From contig NW_024704742.1 of assembly GCF_018977255.1 (NCBI RefSeq), positions 130,574,001-130,638,000 on the forward strand: 64,000 bases of DNA, given 5' to 3'. The notes beneath the pieces were generated by a model, which worked only from the letters and a program-made list of their open reading frames with translations, was not told the DNA's origin and made no database searches. Shown piece after piece: positions 50,211 through 63,830 of this stretch (positions within the stretch are counted from its first letter, which is position 1; each line of letters opens with the position of its first letter). This DNA is from Callorhinchus milii (Eukaryota). Position numbers and translations under genes: made by a program.

Positions 50211-53200
50211 TTTGTCTGATTCTCAGATTATAGTAAAACAATTGCATCTTCTATCGTTGTCAGGATAGTCTTTTCAGAAATGTGAATGGCCCACAGTTCG
50301 TGAGCACCACAAATGGAAGTTAGGATCTTTTGCACCATTGAGAATATTTGGAACTCCCTGCCAAACCCTTCTGTCCACGAACATTGCTAAATGTTGATCA
50401 TAGAAAGTGTTCATTTTTGACAATGGGACATACTTGTGGAATATCCTGTGAACCTGTAAATTATCGATCACGCACAGAGAAATGTAGATTTTGGATGATT
50501 TCTGGAACTATTCAAAATTAAGAACCATACTGAAATTTGGGAACTACTTGTATTTAGAAATGCACAAATTTTCATTGTGAAATTTTGCATGTTGGTATTT
50601 TAATTGCAATGACACTATTCCAGCAAGCTAAGGAGGAATGTCTGGTGATTGCATTCCTTGGGTACTTTCTTTATGGAGGGCTCCAAGTTGTTAGGCCACC
50701 TAGCTCCAGTGTGCTGTAATATCTATAAATTTCAACTTGCAGAAAAGGGGAGGAAGGCTTTTGTTGCTGCCTGATAGAATTTATAGAGAATACATTTGGA
50801 AATTCCCCTCAATGTCATCCTTCCTGTCCTCTGAAATCAAGAGCTTATCCTGTATAAGATCACACATCCACCATCATTTAGCACAGTGCTTGGATATACT
50901 GAGCAGCCTTAATAGTCTTTCTTATTACACATTAGCTTTATTGCTTTCCACCCCTTGATTTAATAATACATTTTGGTGAATGTCCAATTAGTAAATTGTT
51001 GCAGGACCTGGTGTAAACGTTGGTTAGTTGATCGAAGTTGAGATCTAAAATCATTACTTGACACACTTTTCGACTTGAAGATGTTAACTATTCAACACTT
51101 TTCAACTATTCTTGCTTTTTAAAATACGTTTGCCTTGCTTGTTTGTTTTCTGAATTTTTCTCCATTTTAAAAATTGGATGGCATTTTTGCTTTAAAAAGG
51201 AAAATTGGGAAAAATCCACTGGGCCTGAACATGGCTTAGTTCATTCCCCAGAGTCCTCCCAAGTATGATATTGATTGTCAAACCGATCCAAGAACTGACT
51301 GCATCTTCAATGCTTCTTTTTGTGCCTCTAACCCCCTCCCCACCACTTTCTCAAACATTGCATGGTCTCTCTGATTTGCAATTCCATTTGCTCAGATTGT
51401 TAGCTGAGGCTCATTATGCCTTTAAAAGAAGTATCTTAACTAGTCCCACTCCCCTGCTCTGAGCTTTGCAATTTTTTTCTTTTCAAGTAAATATCCAATT
51501 CCTGTTTGAAAGTTATTATATATCCAATTCCCTTTGGAGAGTTAGCCGGAAAAATAATTTATTAAACATTCCATAATGAGAAGTATATGATTTTCCTGGG
51601 AAATAAATACCTTATAAGTGAAAGTAGCTATAGCAATACAGATCATTTAATGTCCAAAACAACTGCCACTAGGTTTAGACTAAAGGCATTTATTTTCAAT
51701 AAAACCTCAAGGAAATTCAACCAAACTGTTGGTGGTAACGGATTCTTTTCCATTTAATATTTAGTTAATTTGCTTATAAAATGAGAGTAAATAATAGAGA
51801 GGTTTACGATCTTGGATCACAATCAGATTTTCCACACAGATGTGTTCATGAAGGGTTAAGCAATGTATGTCCAAACATTCAGAATTTTTATCCAACTTGA
51901 TAGAAACAACAATGGATCAGACAGACAGAACTACTGATTTTCTGCAATGTCTTGCCAGGCATTTTTAGATTTGCCATTCAAGTGAGCTGGCAGAAGAAAG
52001 CTTTGAACTTAAAATAATCCTTACAAATATAACGCCAAATCATTCTGTCTCACACTAAGTAAAACCATCATTCATCAAATAACCCACACTAAATAGTGTT
52101 TTGCCAAAAGAGAATCAGATGTGAATCTAGGCAATTGAGTAATAATTAAACTATTTCCTATACCAGTGTAGTTTAGAACTCGAAGATGAACATGAACTAA
52201 CCAAAAAACCACTCTAGTCCCAACTCGTTTGGATGTAATATTTTTGTTTAACTCTAAAGAAACAGCACGTAAGACATCACGGTGCATACCGTTTATGAAT
52301 TACGCAATACAAATCTTGTTTTCCTCAGCCTATTGGTGACAGTAATTTTGGAAAAACATGCAGAGTATACACTGACTATGTATGTAATTTCTTGGCGGTT
52401 ATCAAATGTTGAAAATGCAGTGATGATGGCTTTAATACATGATATAACTGCATCCGTGACATTTAGTGCAGAGATGTGTGGCGTCTATTTAAGTTTTCAG
52501 AGGCTGCCACCCTTTTAAAAGCAACCAGTTCCTGTCCAACATGCTCTCAATTGATATCATTGCAAGAATTTAGCTTACTCGCAATTTCAACCGCATCCTC
52601 AATTAGATTACTAGCTGGCCCTTCTTTCTAGCTAGCTTCTATTTTCTATACAATTTGTTTATCTATTTTTAAAAAAGCAAATTTCACACAAACCTGCCAT
52701 GTGTTCAGCACACTTACACAAAACACCTTTTGCTATTGGCTCAATTAATGCATATTGCTGTAGAATTCACAAACTTTGAACAGTGTCCAACTGTGCCATT
52801 TATAATCAATACATCATTAAAAACTGGATAATATGGTTAACTTAGCCATTTGTTAGTCTATAATACTTATTGTTCAAGCATACATTGTCAGGTACCCATG
52901 CCAGCCATTGAAACAGTGTAAAAAGTAACTTAATAAAACACCTTCTGAAGGATAAGCATTCACTCCTTTTTTTTTCTTTTTGTATTAGTGGTGGTTTGAT
53001 CAGATTACTTCTTAAGAACAACTCTTTTAAATACTTTACTATTGTTTTTTTAAAGTGTCGCAGGTAATCTCTGCATTCTGTGACAGACTGTAGATTGTGG
53101 TATTCACTGCTAAGAATGGTGTAGACTGAGAAAGATAATATATTGTATGCGTATTCTGATAAATAACACTTAATAATAAACCAGATAGTTTTAGCACTTG

Positions 53201-53430
53201 TTAGGATTCTTTCCAACTGTCTTCATAAAAATGATTGGAACTTTTGGGACATCAAACCGTGGTTTTGTTGGGGGGTTAAGGAGTTCTTTTAAAAACGTTA
53301 GCAAAATAATTTTTTTCTTGCACTTTTTATTAAAAAAAAGCAAAATAAAGTCTATTTTACGTCCGATTTCATGTATTTAATATTAAAATCAGCTTAAGTG
53401 ATAGATTTTCTTCTACTACTTATACTACTT

Positions 53431-53750
53431 GTGGAGTCCTGTAGCTCAGTGGTTAGAGCACACACTTTGCAAGCGAGAGACCTGAGTTCAATTCCAGGCA
53501 GAGGGCGAAACCTTGGGCAAGTTTCCTTACTCCACACAGAGCCTAATAATAATCCCTCCAAAAACAATGATAAATTGGTCATTTTCAATCTACGACTGTT
53601 TGTGGGACATTGCTGTGCGCAATTGGCTGCCGCGTTCGCCCACAAATATACAGTCAATTCACTTTATAGTGTGTTCTGTGAAGCACTTTGGGATGTCCTC
53701 TCGACGTGAAAAGTGCTATATCAAATGCAAGGATTATTATTATTATTATT
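53431..53750 (+). mobile_element. Young full-length composite SINE, short subfamily
   Basis: Near-identical to 17158-17481. Confidence 0.95.
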
Positions 53751-55487
53751 CGATACAGGGTTATACTGTAAAGTGAATTGGTGATAACTGATTCTTTTCC
53801 ATTTAATATTTAGTTAATTTGCTTATAAAATGAGAGAATAATAGAGAGGTTTACGATCTTGGATCACAATCAGATTTTCCACACAGATGTGTTCATGAAG
53901 GGTTAAGCAATGTATGTCCAAACATTCAGAAGGTTTTCTTTTCCAAGGTTAAAATCTATGTCATTTGTTTGGTCAATAGAATGCTTTGTAAGGTATATAA
54001 GTTGGTCTTTTCAACTTTTTTGTGTGTCCAACTTTCGATCTTGCACCATGACAGTGGATTATTGCCTTTTCCCCATATCTATACTAATATCTTTAACAGT
54101 GAAGATCTTTCTCTTGAGTAGTAGAATGACTGATCTCTGTCAGCAGAATATAAAAGGCTTTAATTTAATTTTAGCACAACAAGTAGCATTCATAATACCA
54201 TAGAAATATAATTCTTGCATTTGATATAGCAACTTATCACATCGTTGAGACATCTCAAAGCGATTCATTGAATATATTGGAAAGTGGATTGACTATTTTG
54301 TGTGCAAAACATGTACCAAGGAATCTTACATGATAGCAATGAAAGAAAAAGGCTCATTGAAAAAATGTGGCGCACTAGGTTTTTTTTTAAAAAAAGTTAA
54401 TTGTTCTAACTTTTTCATTCTTTAAGCAATGATTAAGCAATCATTCTTTGTTGGCCAATAATTAACTTTAAGGAGATTTACTTTGTGTCAGAAAGCAATA
54501 ATACTGTGCAGGATAAAATCTGCTAAAACCATTTAGGGAATTTATACATCAGATAGCATATGTGGATTGATAGCATATTTATCAGATTAGAAACATTCTT
54601 TATAGAAACAAATAATTGGATGTCTGCCCCTCCCTCGCCCCCCACCTCACATAGTGTGGCATGTTGGTTGATTACTGTTGTATTGAAGTAATATATAATT
54701 TTTATTTGGTCAGCCGGATATCTGACATGTATGGAGACCCATCGCCACGCCTAGGAGTATCAAAACCAAACAGTTCAATGCGTCCCACCTAAATTCCAGA
54801 GATATTTATTGAAATGGAATATGCACTCTCTCCCTGGAGGGCATAGCCTGCTTACCTAATTCCAGATAGTATTTGGCACAGGTTGGCAAGAGCCAAGGCT
54901 TGGGGTCCCCATAGTGTTTGTTGGGATACTGCTGAAATCCAACCAGCTAAAATCGCATAGCTTGCCATTGAAAGCACTGTCCAGCGAGCATTCCCACTGT
55001 TTGTCCAGCTTGGACCATCCTGCCTGTTAGGCCTTTGGCTTGCAGAGTTAACAGGAGGCTGAGTGGGAATCCCTGTCCCCAGTGATTGATGTCTGTGCTT
55101 CCAAGTTCTGCTGATAAGATGGGGTGGCTGGGCTGTCATCAGCAAGGCCCTGGATTACTACGGATCCATCTGACTCAGGCACTGGACTGCAACAGGGATT
55201 GGATGGATTCCATTGCCAAACTGTTGCCTTGGAGCCAACAAAACTGATTCTGCTCACCTCCCCCACCCCTCCCCAGGAGATAGTCACCTATTGATCATTT
55301 GACATCCAACAAATGTAGGTTTGATCTCTCACAAGATTGATGGCAGGTACCAGAAACTCCCTGCGAGCTTCCTGGTGGGCAATACAGTTCAGTTTGAAAT
55401 GTGTGAGAGCGTTGTCACCATCCAATCAAGGTGGATTCCAGACACTGGATGTACAAACTTGTGTTCACGAACAAGGACTCCAGGTCA

Positions 55488-57637
55488 AGCTAAAAGAAAA
55501 GACTTACTCAAATGCAAGAAAAGTGGGAATGCAGAGAACTGGGAGAACTACAAAAGGCAACAAAGGGATTCAAAGAAAGAAATAAGAGGAGCAAAAAGGG
55601 AGTATGAAAAAAAACTTGCAAAAAATATTAAAACCAATAGTAAAAGCTTTTATAAATGTATTAAGAGAAAGAGAATGGTGAAGGGGAATGTGGGTCCTTT
55701 AAAGACAGATGTAGGTGAGACTATGACAGAAATTAAGGCAATAGCTGACTTGTTAAATAAATACTTTGCTACCGTTTTTACAGTAGAGAATGAGGACAAA
55801 ATGCCAACTGTACAGGGGAACCTAAATATAAGTCAGAGAAATGCTTAATAAAATCAATGTAAATAACAAATGGTAATGAAGAAAATAATGGGACTCAAGA
55901 TAGATAAATCTCCAGGCCCTGAGAAGTTTCCACCCCAGGGTGTTAAAGGACATAGGAGAGGAAATTGAAGATACATTTGTCATAATTTTCCAAAGCTCAC
56001 TAGATTTGGGAATCGGGAATGTCACCCCTTTATTTAAGAAGGGAGGCAGGGAGAAACCGGGAAACTACAGACCTGTCAGCTTAATGTCAGTTGTAGGGAA
56101 AATACTGGAATCCATCATCAGGGACAGAGTGATTGAACACTTGGACAGGTATGAGCTAGTCAAAGAGAGTCGGCATGGGTTTGTGAAGGGTAGGTGGTGT
56201 CTGACTAATCCAAATTTTTTGAGGAGGTCAGTAAAATGGTGGATAAGAGAGTGTCTATGGATGACATTTATATGGACTTTCAGAAGGCATTTGATAAGGT
56301 TCCATAGAAGATTATTACAAAAATGGAAGCGCATGGAGTCAGAGGCAACCTTGTGATATGGCTTGGTAATTGGTTGGGAGGCAGGAAACAGAATAGGAAT
56401 AAAGAGAACGTTCTCTGATTGGTGGGATGTGACGAGTGGTGTTCCCCAGGGGTCTGTACTGGGACCCCAGCTATTCGCTATACATATATTTTTTATATAG
56501 ATATATATAAATTACTTGATTAAAGGAATAGAAAGCTTTATATCCAAGTTTGCAGAAAACACTAAGCTAGGAGGCTCAGTAAGTTGTGTAGATGGGAGTA
56601 GGAAGTTACAAAGGGATTCAGACAGATTAAGTGAGTGGGCAAAGCTGTGGCAGATGGAGTTCAATGTAGGGAAGGGCAAGGTCATCTACCATGGACCGAA
56701 AAAAGATAAAGCAGAATATTTTTTTAACAGGGAGAAATGAAGAACTGTAGAGGAGCAAAGAAATTTGGGCGTCCATATGCACAAATCACTAAAAACTAGT
56801 TCCCTGGTGCAAAAAGTAATCAAAAAGATGAAAGCAATGTTGACCTTTATTCTCAAGAGGCCTGGAATACAACGGGGGAAGAAATGATGCTTCAGCTCTA
56901 TGGAGCGTTAGTCAGATCCCATCTGGAGTACTGCATTCCATTTTGGCCACCACACCTCAGGAAAGATATATTGGCCGTGGAGGGGTGCAGTGCAGGTTCA
57001 CCAAAATGTTACCAGACCTAAAAGGACCCTATGAGGAAAGGCTGAGTAAACTGGGATTGTGTTCCCTTGAGTTTAGAAGATGGAGGGGTGATTTGATTGA
57101 GGTATTCAAGATGATAAAGGGATTTGATAGGGTAGATACAGATAAGCTATTTCCTATAGTGGGGGAATCCAAAACAAGGGGGCAAAGTCTTAAAATTAGA
57201 ACCAGGTCTTTTAAGATAAATATCAGGAAACATTTTATCATTCAAAGGGTGGTAGAAATCTGGAATTCTCTCCCCCAAAATGCAGTGGATGCTGGATCCA
57301 TCCACACCTTCAAGTGTGAGATTGATAGATTTTTGGTAGGTTAGTGCCTTCAGCTCCCCTCTCGACTCTCTACCCCCTCCTCGCTCCCTCCCTTCCCTCC
57401 CCCTAACCATTGACCCCCTGCTCGGGTCCTGACCCAACTGTACAGCGCTTTGGGACGTCCTCCCGACGTGAAAGGCGCTCTATAAATGGAATCTTGTTGT
57501 TGTTGTATTAAGGGATATGGGGAGAAAGCAGGAAATTGGAATTAAAAGGATTAGATGAAGTACAGATCAGCCATAATCTAATTAAATCAGCCATGATCAA
57601 AGGGCTGAATGGCCTCCTCCTGTTCCTATGTTCCTAA
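55488..57637 (+). mobile_element. CR1 LINE ORF2 fragment (~2 kb) to 3' end, frameshifted
   Basis: [48 protein letters not shown] and RVVEIWNSLP motifs, followed by a CR1 tail. Confidence 0.95.
57344..57506 (+). mobile_element. Young L2 short 3' copy nested in the CR1 3' end
   Basis: CR1 sequence ...GATAGATTTTTGGTAGG is interrupted and resumes TATTAAGGGATATGGGG. Confidence 0.92.
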
Positions 57638-57959
57638 TGTCTTCCAGTAGCTGTTGCCCCAAGCCTCAACGTTTCATCAGCTTTTGACAGACATCTGTCT
57701 TCAGTGTGGTGGGAGGATCTTTACAGGACAAATTGTGATGTGCCAGCCACCTTGATGTTCTCGAGGTCCAAGTCCAATGCTTAAAACCAGACTTACTCAG
57801 CATTGACTGCTTAATCCAGGTCCTCATGTGAGGGGTTTTGGCAAATAAATGTGCCTGCTGTGAAGCCGACCCCATTTCACACTCACTCATGCAAAGGAAA
57901 GACCTGCCACAAGAACAGGCTTGATACTCCCGTCACTAAAATTGGCAAGATAATTGCTG

Positions 57960-58450
57960 CTCCTATCACCCCCATCCTCGACCAACTCCACTGGCTTCCC
58001 ATCATACAGAGGATACAGTTCAAGATCCTGGTCCTCACTTTCAAAGCCCTCCACGGTCTTGCTCCCCACTACCTCTCCGACCTCCTAACCCCCTACCACC
58101 CTGTTCGCTCCCTCCGCTCAGCGGGCTCCGACCTGCTTCGCACCCCCAGCCTTGCTTGCCCCACTATTGGCGGGCAGGCCTTCCACCACTCTGCCCCCAC
58201 CCTCTGGAACTCCATCTCGGACTGCCTCCGTCTCGCCCCCACCCTCGCCGCCTTCAAGACCCACCTCAAGACCCTCTTCTTTGACCGTGCTTTCGATCTC
58301 CCTGCTTCACCCCACCACCTTCCCCCCACCGCCCTCCCCCCTCTCCCACCCTGACCCTCAGCTCGGGTCCGTAATTCTGTCTGTCCAGAGCCTTGGGACG
58401 TCCTTCTGAGTGAAAGGCGTTATACAAATGTAATTTTGTTTTTGTTGTTG
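57960..58450 (+). mobile_element. L2 LINE 3' fragment
   Basis: PITPILDQLHWLPIIQRIQFKILVL...LKTLFFDRAF, followed by the tail. Confidence 0.92.
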
Positions 58451-59473
58451 CTGCAGTTGTTTAACTTTATGTATAGGAAGGAGGAAAAGTAATGCTCAAC
58501 TGCCATCTGCTGGGATCACTGCCATCACCTGGTATTGCACAGCAACAACTTTTTGCCATTCAACATCCATGCACACATTAAATATTTTGATTATACTCAA
58601 ACAACAGTGAGGGCTTCCTTATGTTGCCTTGTGTTTACAAAAATCTGAAGAGACATTCATTCAATGCACCAAGCATTCTCCTTTCGCAAAACAAACCTAA
58701 TCTATTGTATCACCGATTACAAGTTTATTTAATCTCCTAAAAGACATGTGTAAAAATACTTAAGATCTCCCAAAGTTCAATTCCAGTATATTAACCCAGT
58801 CAGTCCTACAATTCCACTATTCGATTTTGACCTGTTAAAAGGCAACATCCTCTGCAGTCTATCTAGTCTTGCAGTTTTGTTAATTTTGCTGCAATGGAAT
58901 GCTGATGTTTCAGGTTTTGTGGTGGGGTAAATGGAGGTAAGTAATCTATCAGTAGGGATTGAACAGTGGCTGAGATCCAGGTCTGTAACCATGTGATTTA
59001 GGAAAGATCACCATGAGTACTGGAATTGAATTATTCCTGAATTGTGTCCTTAGTGAACATAGAAGTCATAATGTTTAAATTAGCAAAAAAAACAAGTGAT
59101 GCTTGTTATTGAGTTAATAAAAATACTGATACCAGATTGTAATTAATTGTTTGCAAGTCTCACATTCTCACTGATGTATACTATATACTACTGGACTTGG
59201 AACTGACTTATTGTGTGATAACTTGATATTTCCCATTAAATGTAAACAAAAATCACCACTATAAGATGTGATTGTTAGGACATTGTGCAGGCAGAGAAAT
59301 GTGTTTGATTGTGATCCATAATTGAACAATAATAAAAATCCTTACATTTGGTATAGTGCCTTCCACGTTAGGAAGATGTGCTTCAATGATATACTGTGCT
59401 TCAATGATAATGCTTCAATGATATACTGTAAAGTGCAATGAGTGTGCGTTATGTGGGCGAACCTGGCCAGGTT

Positions 59474-59793
59474 ATAATATAATAATAATAATCCTTGCAT
59501 TTGATATAGCGTTTTTCACATCTTCTAGACATCTCAAAGCGCTTCACAGAATATACTGTAAAGTGAATTGACTGTATACTTGTGGGCGAAACGCGGCAGC
59601 CAATTGCGCACAGCAGTGTCCCACAAACAGCCATGGATTGAAAATGACCAATTTATTATTGTTTTGTTTTGGAGGGATTATCATTAGGCGTGTGGAGTAA
59701 GGAAACTTGCCCAGGGTTTTGCCCTGCCTGGAATTGAACCCAAGTGTCTTGTTTGCAGGCGAATGCTCTAACCACTGAGCTACGGGACTCCAC
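59474..59793 (-). mobile_element. Full-length composite SINE, short subfamily
   Basis: Reverse complement of head (GTGGAGTCCCGTAGCTCAGTGG) through (TAT)n tail. Confidence 0.92.
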
Positions 59794-61509
59794 TTGACAG
59801 CACTCCTCATCTAGATCCAGATGAGTGACCAGTTATGAGTTATTGAAAGTTGGAGAGCACTTGTAGAACCTTACCTCAGTGTTGTCACCTAATTCTGGAG
59901 GAGAGAAAATTGGGAAAGATTGGAGGGGGAGAGGAGAAATCAGTATTATAATTATTGGAGGAGGGGTTGTGGGAGTATTGGATTTTGTGCTTTGCACTCA
60001 AAAGTGATCTATAAATAATTTAAAATTATTCACAAACAACTGACTGAACCTGCTGTATTTCAGAGGATTTTTCTTTCAAGATTCTCAATTTTTTTCTTGA
60101 CATTCAGGAATAAAGAAAGATCATTAACAGATTTGTTTACAGATGTTTTGAAGAAAATACTGAGTAACAAAGTGTCAGAGAGTTTTATTTTCCTCTTAGC
60201 CAAATACTCCAAAATAGGATAGAACTGCAGCATTTTGGACTGTAAAATTTGCACTTTTATTGCACTCAGGCGAAAGAACATTCTATATATTAAAATATAA
60301 TACTGTTAACATATTATAAGATACATTCACAACACTTCCCTCCACCAATGCACACACACCACTGACCATTGTATCCTTTATGTTTTGGTTAAAGTTTTAC
60401 ACATTTTGTCTTTGGCTCTTATAATAATAACAATAATAATAATAATATTGCACCAGCTTTCTGTTTCTCTTACCAGCTGAGCTTTTTTTTGTAGCTTATT
60501 TGGGGAAGGAATTACCCCTCAACTTAAAGTGACCCAATTTCACCATCAAAGCACGCTCAGAAACTTTACTCCCCTTTATTTTATACAAATGAAAGGATAG
60601 AGGCTTTACCTCAAGGCAATATAAGTGACAGGTTTACAAAATGTTCCAGCAAATGGCAGGGTTTTGATTTATGTTTTCAAATTGCCTGCAGGAATACGAT
60701 TTTCTAATCAGAGACATACAGTGAAATTATTATATGTGCACGTTGACCCTTTGTATTTTGCTTATAAAATTACAAAGCAAAATATGATGGCATTCTCTGT
60801 GTGGGTGAAATGACTTTTGAGTTTGGTGCTTGGGGCTTTAGAGGTTAACATCAACACCAAAACGCTTCCGCTCATCAATCAACTCTCACAGTAACCTGGG
60901 AACAGTTACATTCTCTTGTGTTCAACAAGGGGAGGCCCAATCAAATGTATTATTTAAACACATTACATTCAGCCGTAATGTATTATGTTTATTTTTCTCT
61001 CCGTGATTTTGTTTGATCACAAGCAGGAAAACAGTTGTTCTTAAATCTGCCTGTTCAGGTGGATGTTAAAGATCCTATGGCACTACTTATGGATTCTAAC
61101 ATTAGTGCTATGGTTTAGACTTCTACCAACTCTTATCTGGTTAAGGAAACAGTAGTATTCCTCAGGATCCCTGAATAACCCAAAATATTGAATGACCAAG
61201 CGATGGTAGATATCTTGAAATGAATTCTTTGTGCCCATATTTGTAGAGGAAAACTCAGACCATACCAAATGGAAATAGAATTTCTAGGAAAAGATGAGCA
61301 GATTCTAAGAACAGTGCATATTATGAATAACTAGGTAAGGGACAGGAAAAAATGAAAGGAAGTCAAGGCAAGGTCAAAACACCAGACTTTGATCGAGTGG
61401 AAGGGTGCTTAAGGAAATTGGTCATGTTCTGACAGGTATGGTTAGGGACTGATTGGAAGTGGCAGCCGTGCGTGTGCCTCAGAATTGGGCAGTAGCAAAT
61501 GTAATACCA

Positions 61510-62561
61510 CTTTATAATAGTGCATTTGATGTAGCGCCTCATCATGTCTTTGAGACGTCCCAAAGCACTTCACAGAATATACTGTAAAGTGAATTGACTG
61601 TATATTTTGTGGACGAAACGCGGCCATCAATTGCACACAGCATTGTCCCACAAACAGTCGTAGATTGAAGTGACCAAGTGACTTTACTAAAAGAGGCAAA
61701 GAGATAACCTGGGTAACTGCAGGCTGGAGAGTCTGACTTCACGTATAGGGAGAGCATTAAAAGATCGCCTTAAGGAGCAATAATGAAGCACCTAGACCGA
61801 CATGCAATTGTAAGAGGGAGTGATCATGGCTTCACATAATATAATAATCCTTGTTTTTGATATAATGCCTTATATCTTTGATTGGCGGATTGCTCAAAGC
61901 ACTTCACCGAATATACTGTGAAGTGAATTAACTATTTATTTTGTGGGTGAAATGCAGCAGTCAATTGCGCACAGCAGTGCCCACAAACAGTCGTGGTTTG
62001 AGTGACCAAATTATTATTTTGGAAGGAATTACCTCCAGAAAAATGACCCACCAATCGACTAACAACTGGGTTCCTATTTGCTGTTACGTAAACAGAGGCG
62101 TGTGGAGTAAGGAAACTTACCCAACATTTCACCCGGCCGGGAATCTAACCCAGGTCTCTCGCTTGCGAGCGAGCGCTCTAATCACTGAGCTACAGACTAC
62201 AGACTAATCCATGTAGAATAAATTGCTATCAACATCTACATTATTGTAGCATGCAACTAGCAGGATGGTAATAATAATAATAACCCTCGCATTTGATATA
62301 GATTTGAGACGTCTCAAAGCGCTTCACAGAATATGCTGTAAAGTGAATTGACTGTATATTTTGTGGGCGAACGCGGCAGCCAATTGCGCACAGCAATGTC
62401 CCACAAAACAGTCGTGGCTTGAAAATGACCAATTTATTATGGTTTTTTTTTCGGAGGGATTATTATTAGGCTGTGTGTGGAGTAAGGAAACTGGCCCAAG
62501 GTCTCGCCCTGACCTGCCCGGGATTGAACCCGGGTCTCTCGCTGGCAAAGCTACAGGACTC
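61510..62561 (-). mobile_element. Three consecutive minus-strand SINE copies (61510-61682 partial, 61836-62198 long, 62268-62561 short)
   Basis: Each carries the reverse-complemented Deu segment and tail, and two retain tRNA heads. Confidence 0.88.
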
Positions 62562-63227
62562 GAAGACGTGATAAGGCGCTCTATCAAATGCCAGGATTAT
62601 TATTAGCATTAAATACAGTGCAGAGTGTTTTTTCCACATCCACAAAGGCCATCAGCACTTGGCCATCTTCCCCCCCTCCCCCTCCCGCCCCTGTCAATCA
62701 AAGCCACGGTAACCACGGGCAACGGCGCACGAATCAACGTCACGGACGGCGGCGCGAACCCTTTCCCCGATCTCTTAAAACAAAAGCAAATTTTCTTCGG
62801 TTTTTTTTTGATATATATATACATATACAAGTAAACTCATCACCAAAAAAAAAGAGATAAGATCGGAGCCGTCCGTCGCCGCAAAGTGTTTTACACCCTC
62901 TTCGGAAATTAAAATAAACGTCCGTAGCCCAAAGCCCACCAAAAAGTAGCCCCAAAAGTAGCCCAAATCCAGTGCAGCGCCTCCTCACTGAGGTGGCGGA
63001 GTGGCTAATTTACGTTAGTGTTTTCGAAACCGTCCGAAAAGATCTTCCAATTCGGAGGGGAAATAAACCTTTTGCAGATTTAGGTCACAATTTTAAAAAA
63101 TTGGCCGTTTTTTTCCGAACGCGCCACAACAAAACCCGCCCAATTGGGTGTGAAAACCCGCCCAACCCCCCGACGACGTTGGTCGGGGACCAGGGGCAGC
63201 CCGGCCCGGCCCGCGGCGTGACGTCAG

Positions 63228-63308
63228 CGAGACAAGATGGCGGCGCGGATTTGAAGGGGTCACGTGAGCGACCGCTTTGTCAGACAGTAAAAAAAAGAGA
63301 AGCTGCAG
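63228..63308 (+). other. Putative non-coding first exon of the downstream gene (5' end approximate)
   Basis: Donor CAG|GTAACG at 63308/63309. The YY1-embedded ATG at 63237 opens only MAARI*. Confidence 0.6.
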
Positions 63309-63325
63309 GTAACGGAGCGTCCGGG

Positions 63326-63830
63326 CCCGCGGCCCCGAGACACCCCCTACACACACCCCGCGGCCCCGAGACACCCCCTACACACACCCCGCGGCCCCGA
63401 GACACCCCCTACACACACCCCGCGGCCCCGAGACACCCCCTACACACACCCCGCGGCCCCGAGACACCCCCTACACACACCCCGCGGCCCCGAGACACCC
63501 CCTACACACACCCCGCGGCCCCGAGACACCCCCTACACACACCCCGCGGCCCCGAGACACCCCCTACACACACCCCGCGGCCCCGAGACACCCCCCTTCC
63601 CACACCCCGCGGCCCCGTGTACCCCCACACCCCGCGGCCCCGTGTACCCCCCACACCCCGCGGCCCCGTGTACCCCCCACACCCCGCGGCCCCGTGTACC
63701 CCCCACACCCCCGGCCCCGTGTACCCCCCACACCCCCGGCCCCGTGTACCCCCCACACCCCCGGCCCCGTGTACCCCCCACACCCGCGGCCCCGAGACAC
63801 CTCCCGGCCCCGTGTATCCCCCACAGACCA
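63326..63830 (+). repeat. GC-rich minisatellite: ~9 x 31-bp CCCCGCGGCCCCGAGACACCCCCTACACACA, then ~7 shorter CCCGGCCCCGTGTACCCCCCACA-type units
   Basis: Exact 31-bp periodicity (63329, 63360, 63391...), starting ~18 bp after the putative donor at 63309. Confidence 0.97.

Noticed and set aside
59378..59430. Triple TGCTTCAATGATA repeat (also the ATAGCAACTAGAAAT duplication near 25791-25831)
   Set aside because: Simple local slippage duplications with no sign of function.
63326..63600. CRISPR-like regular repeats
   Set aside because: Head-to-tail tandem units with no unique spacers, in eukaryotic DNA.
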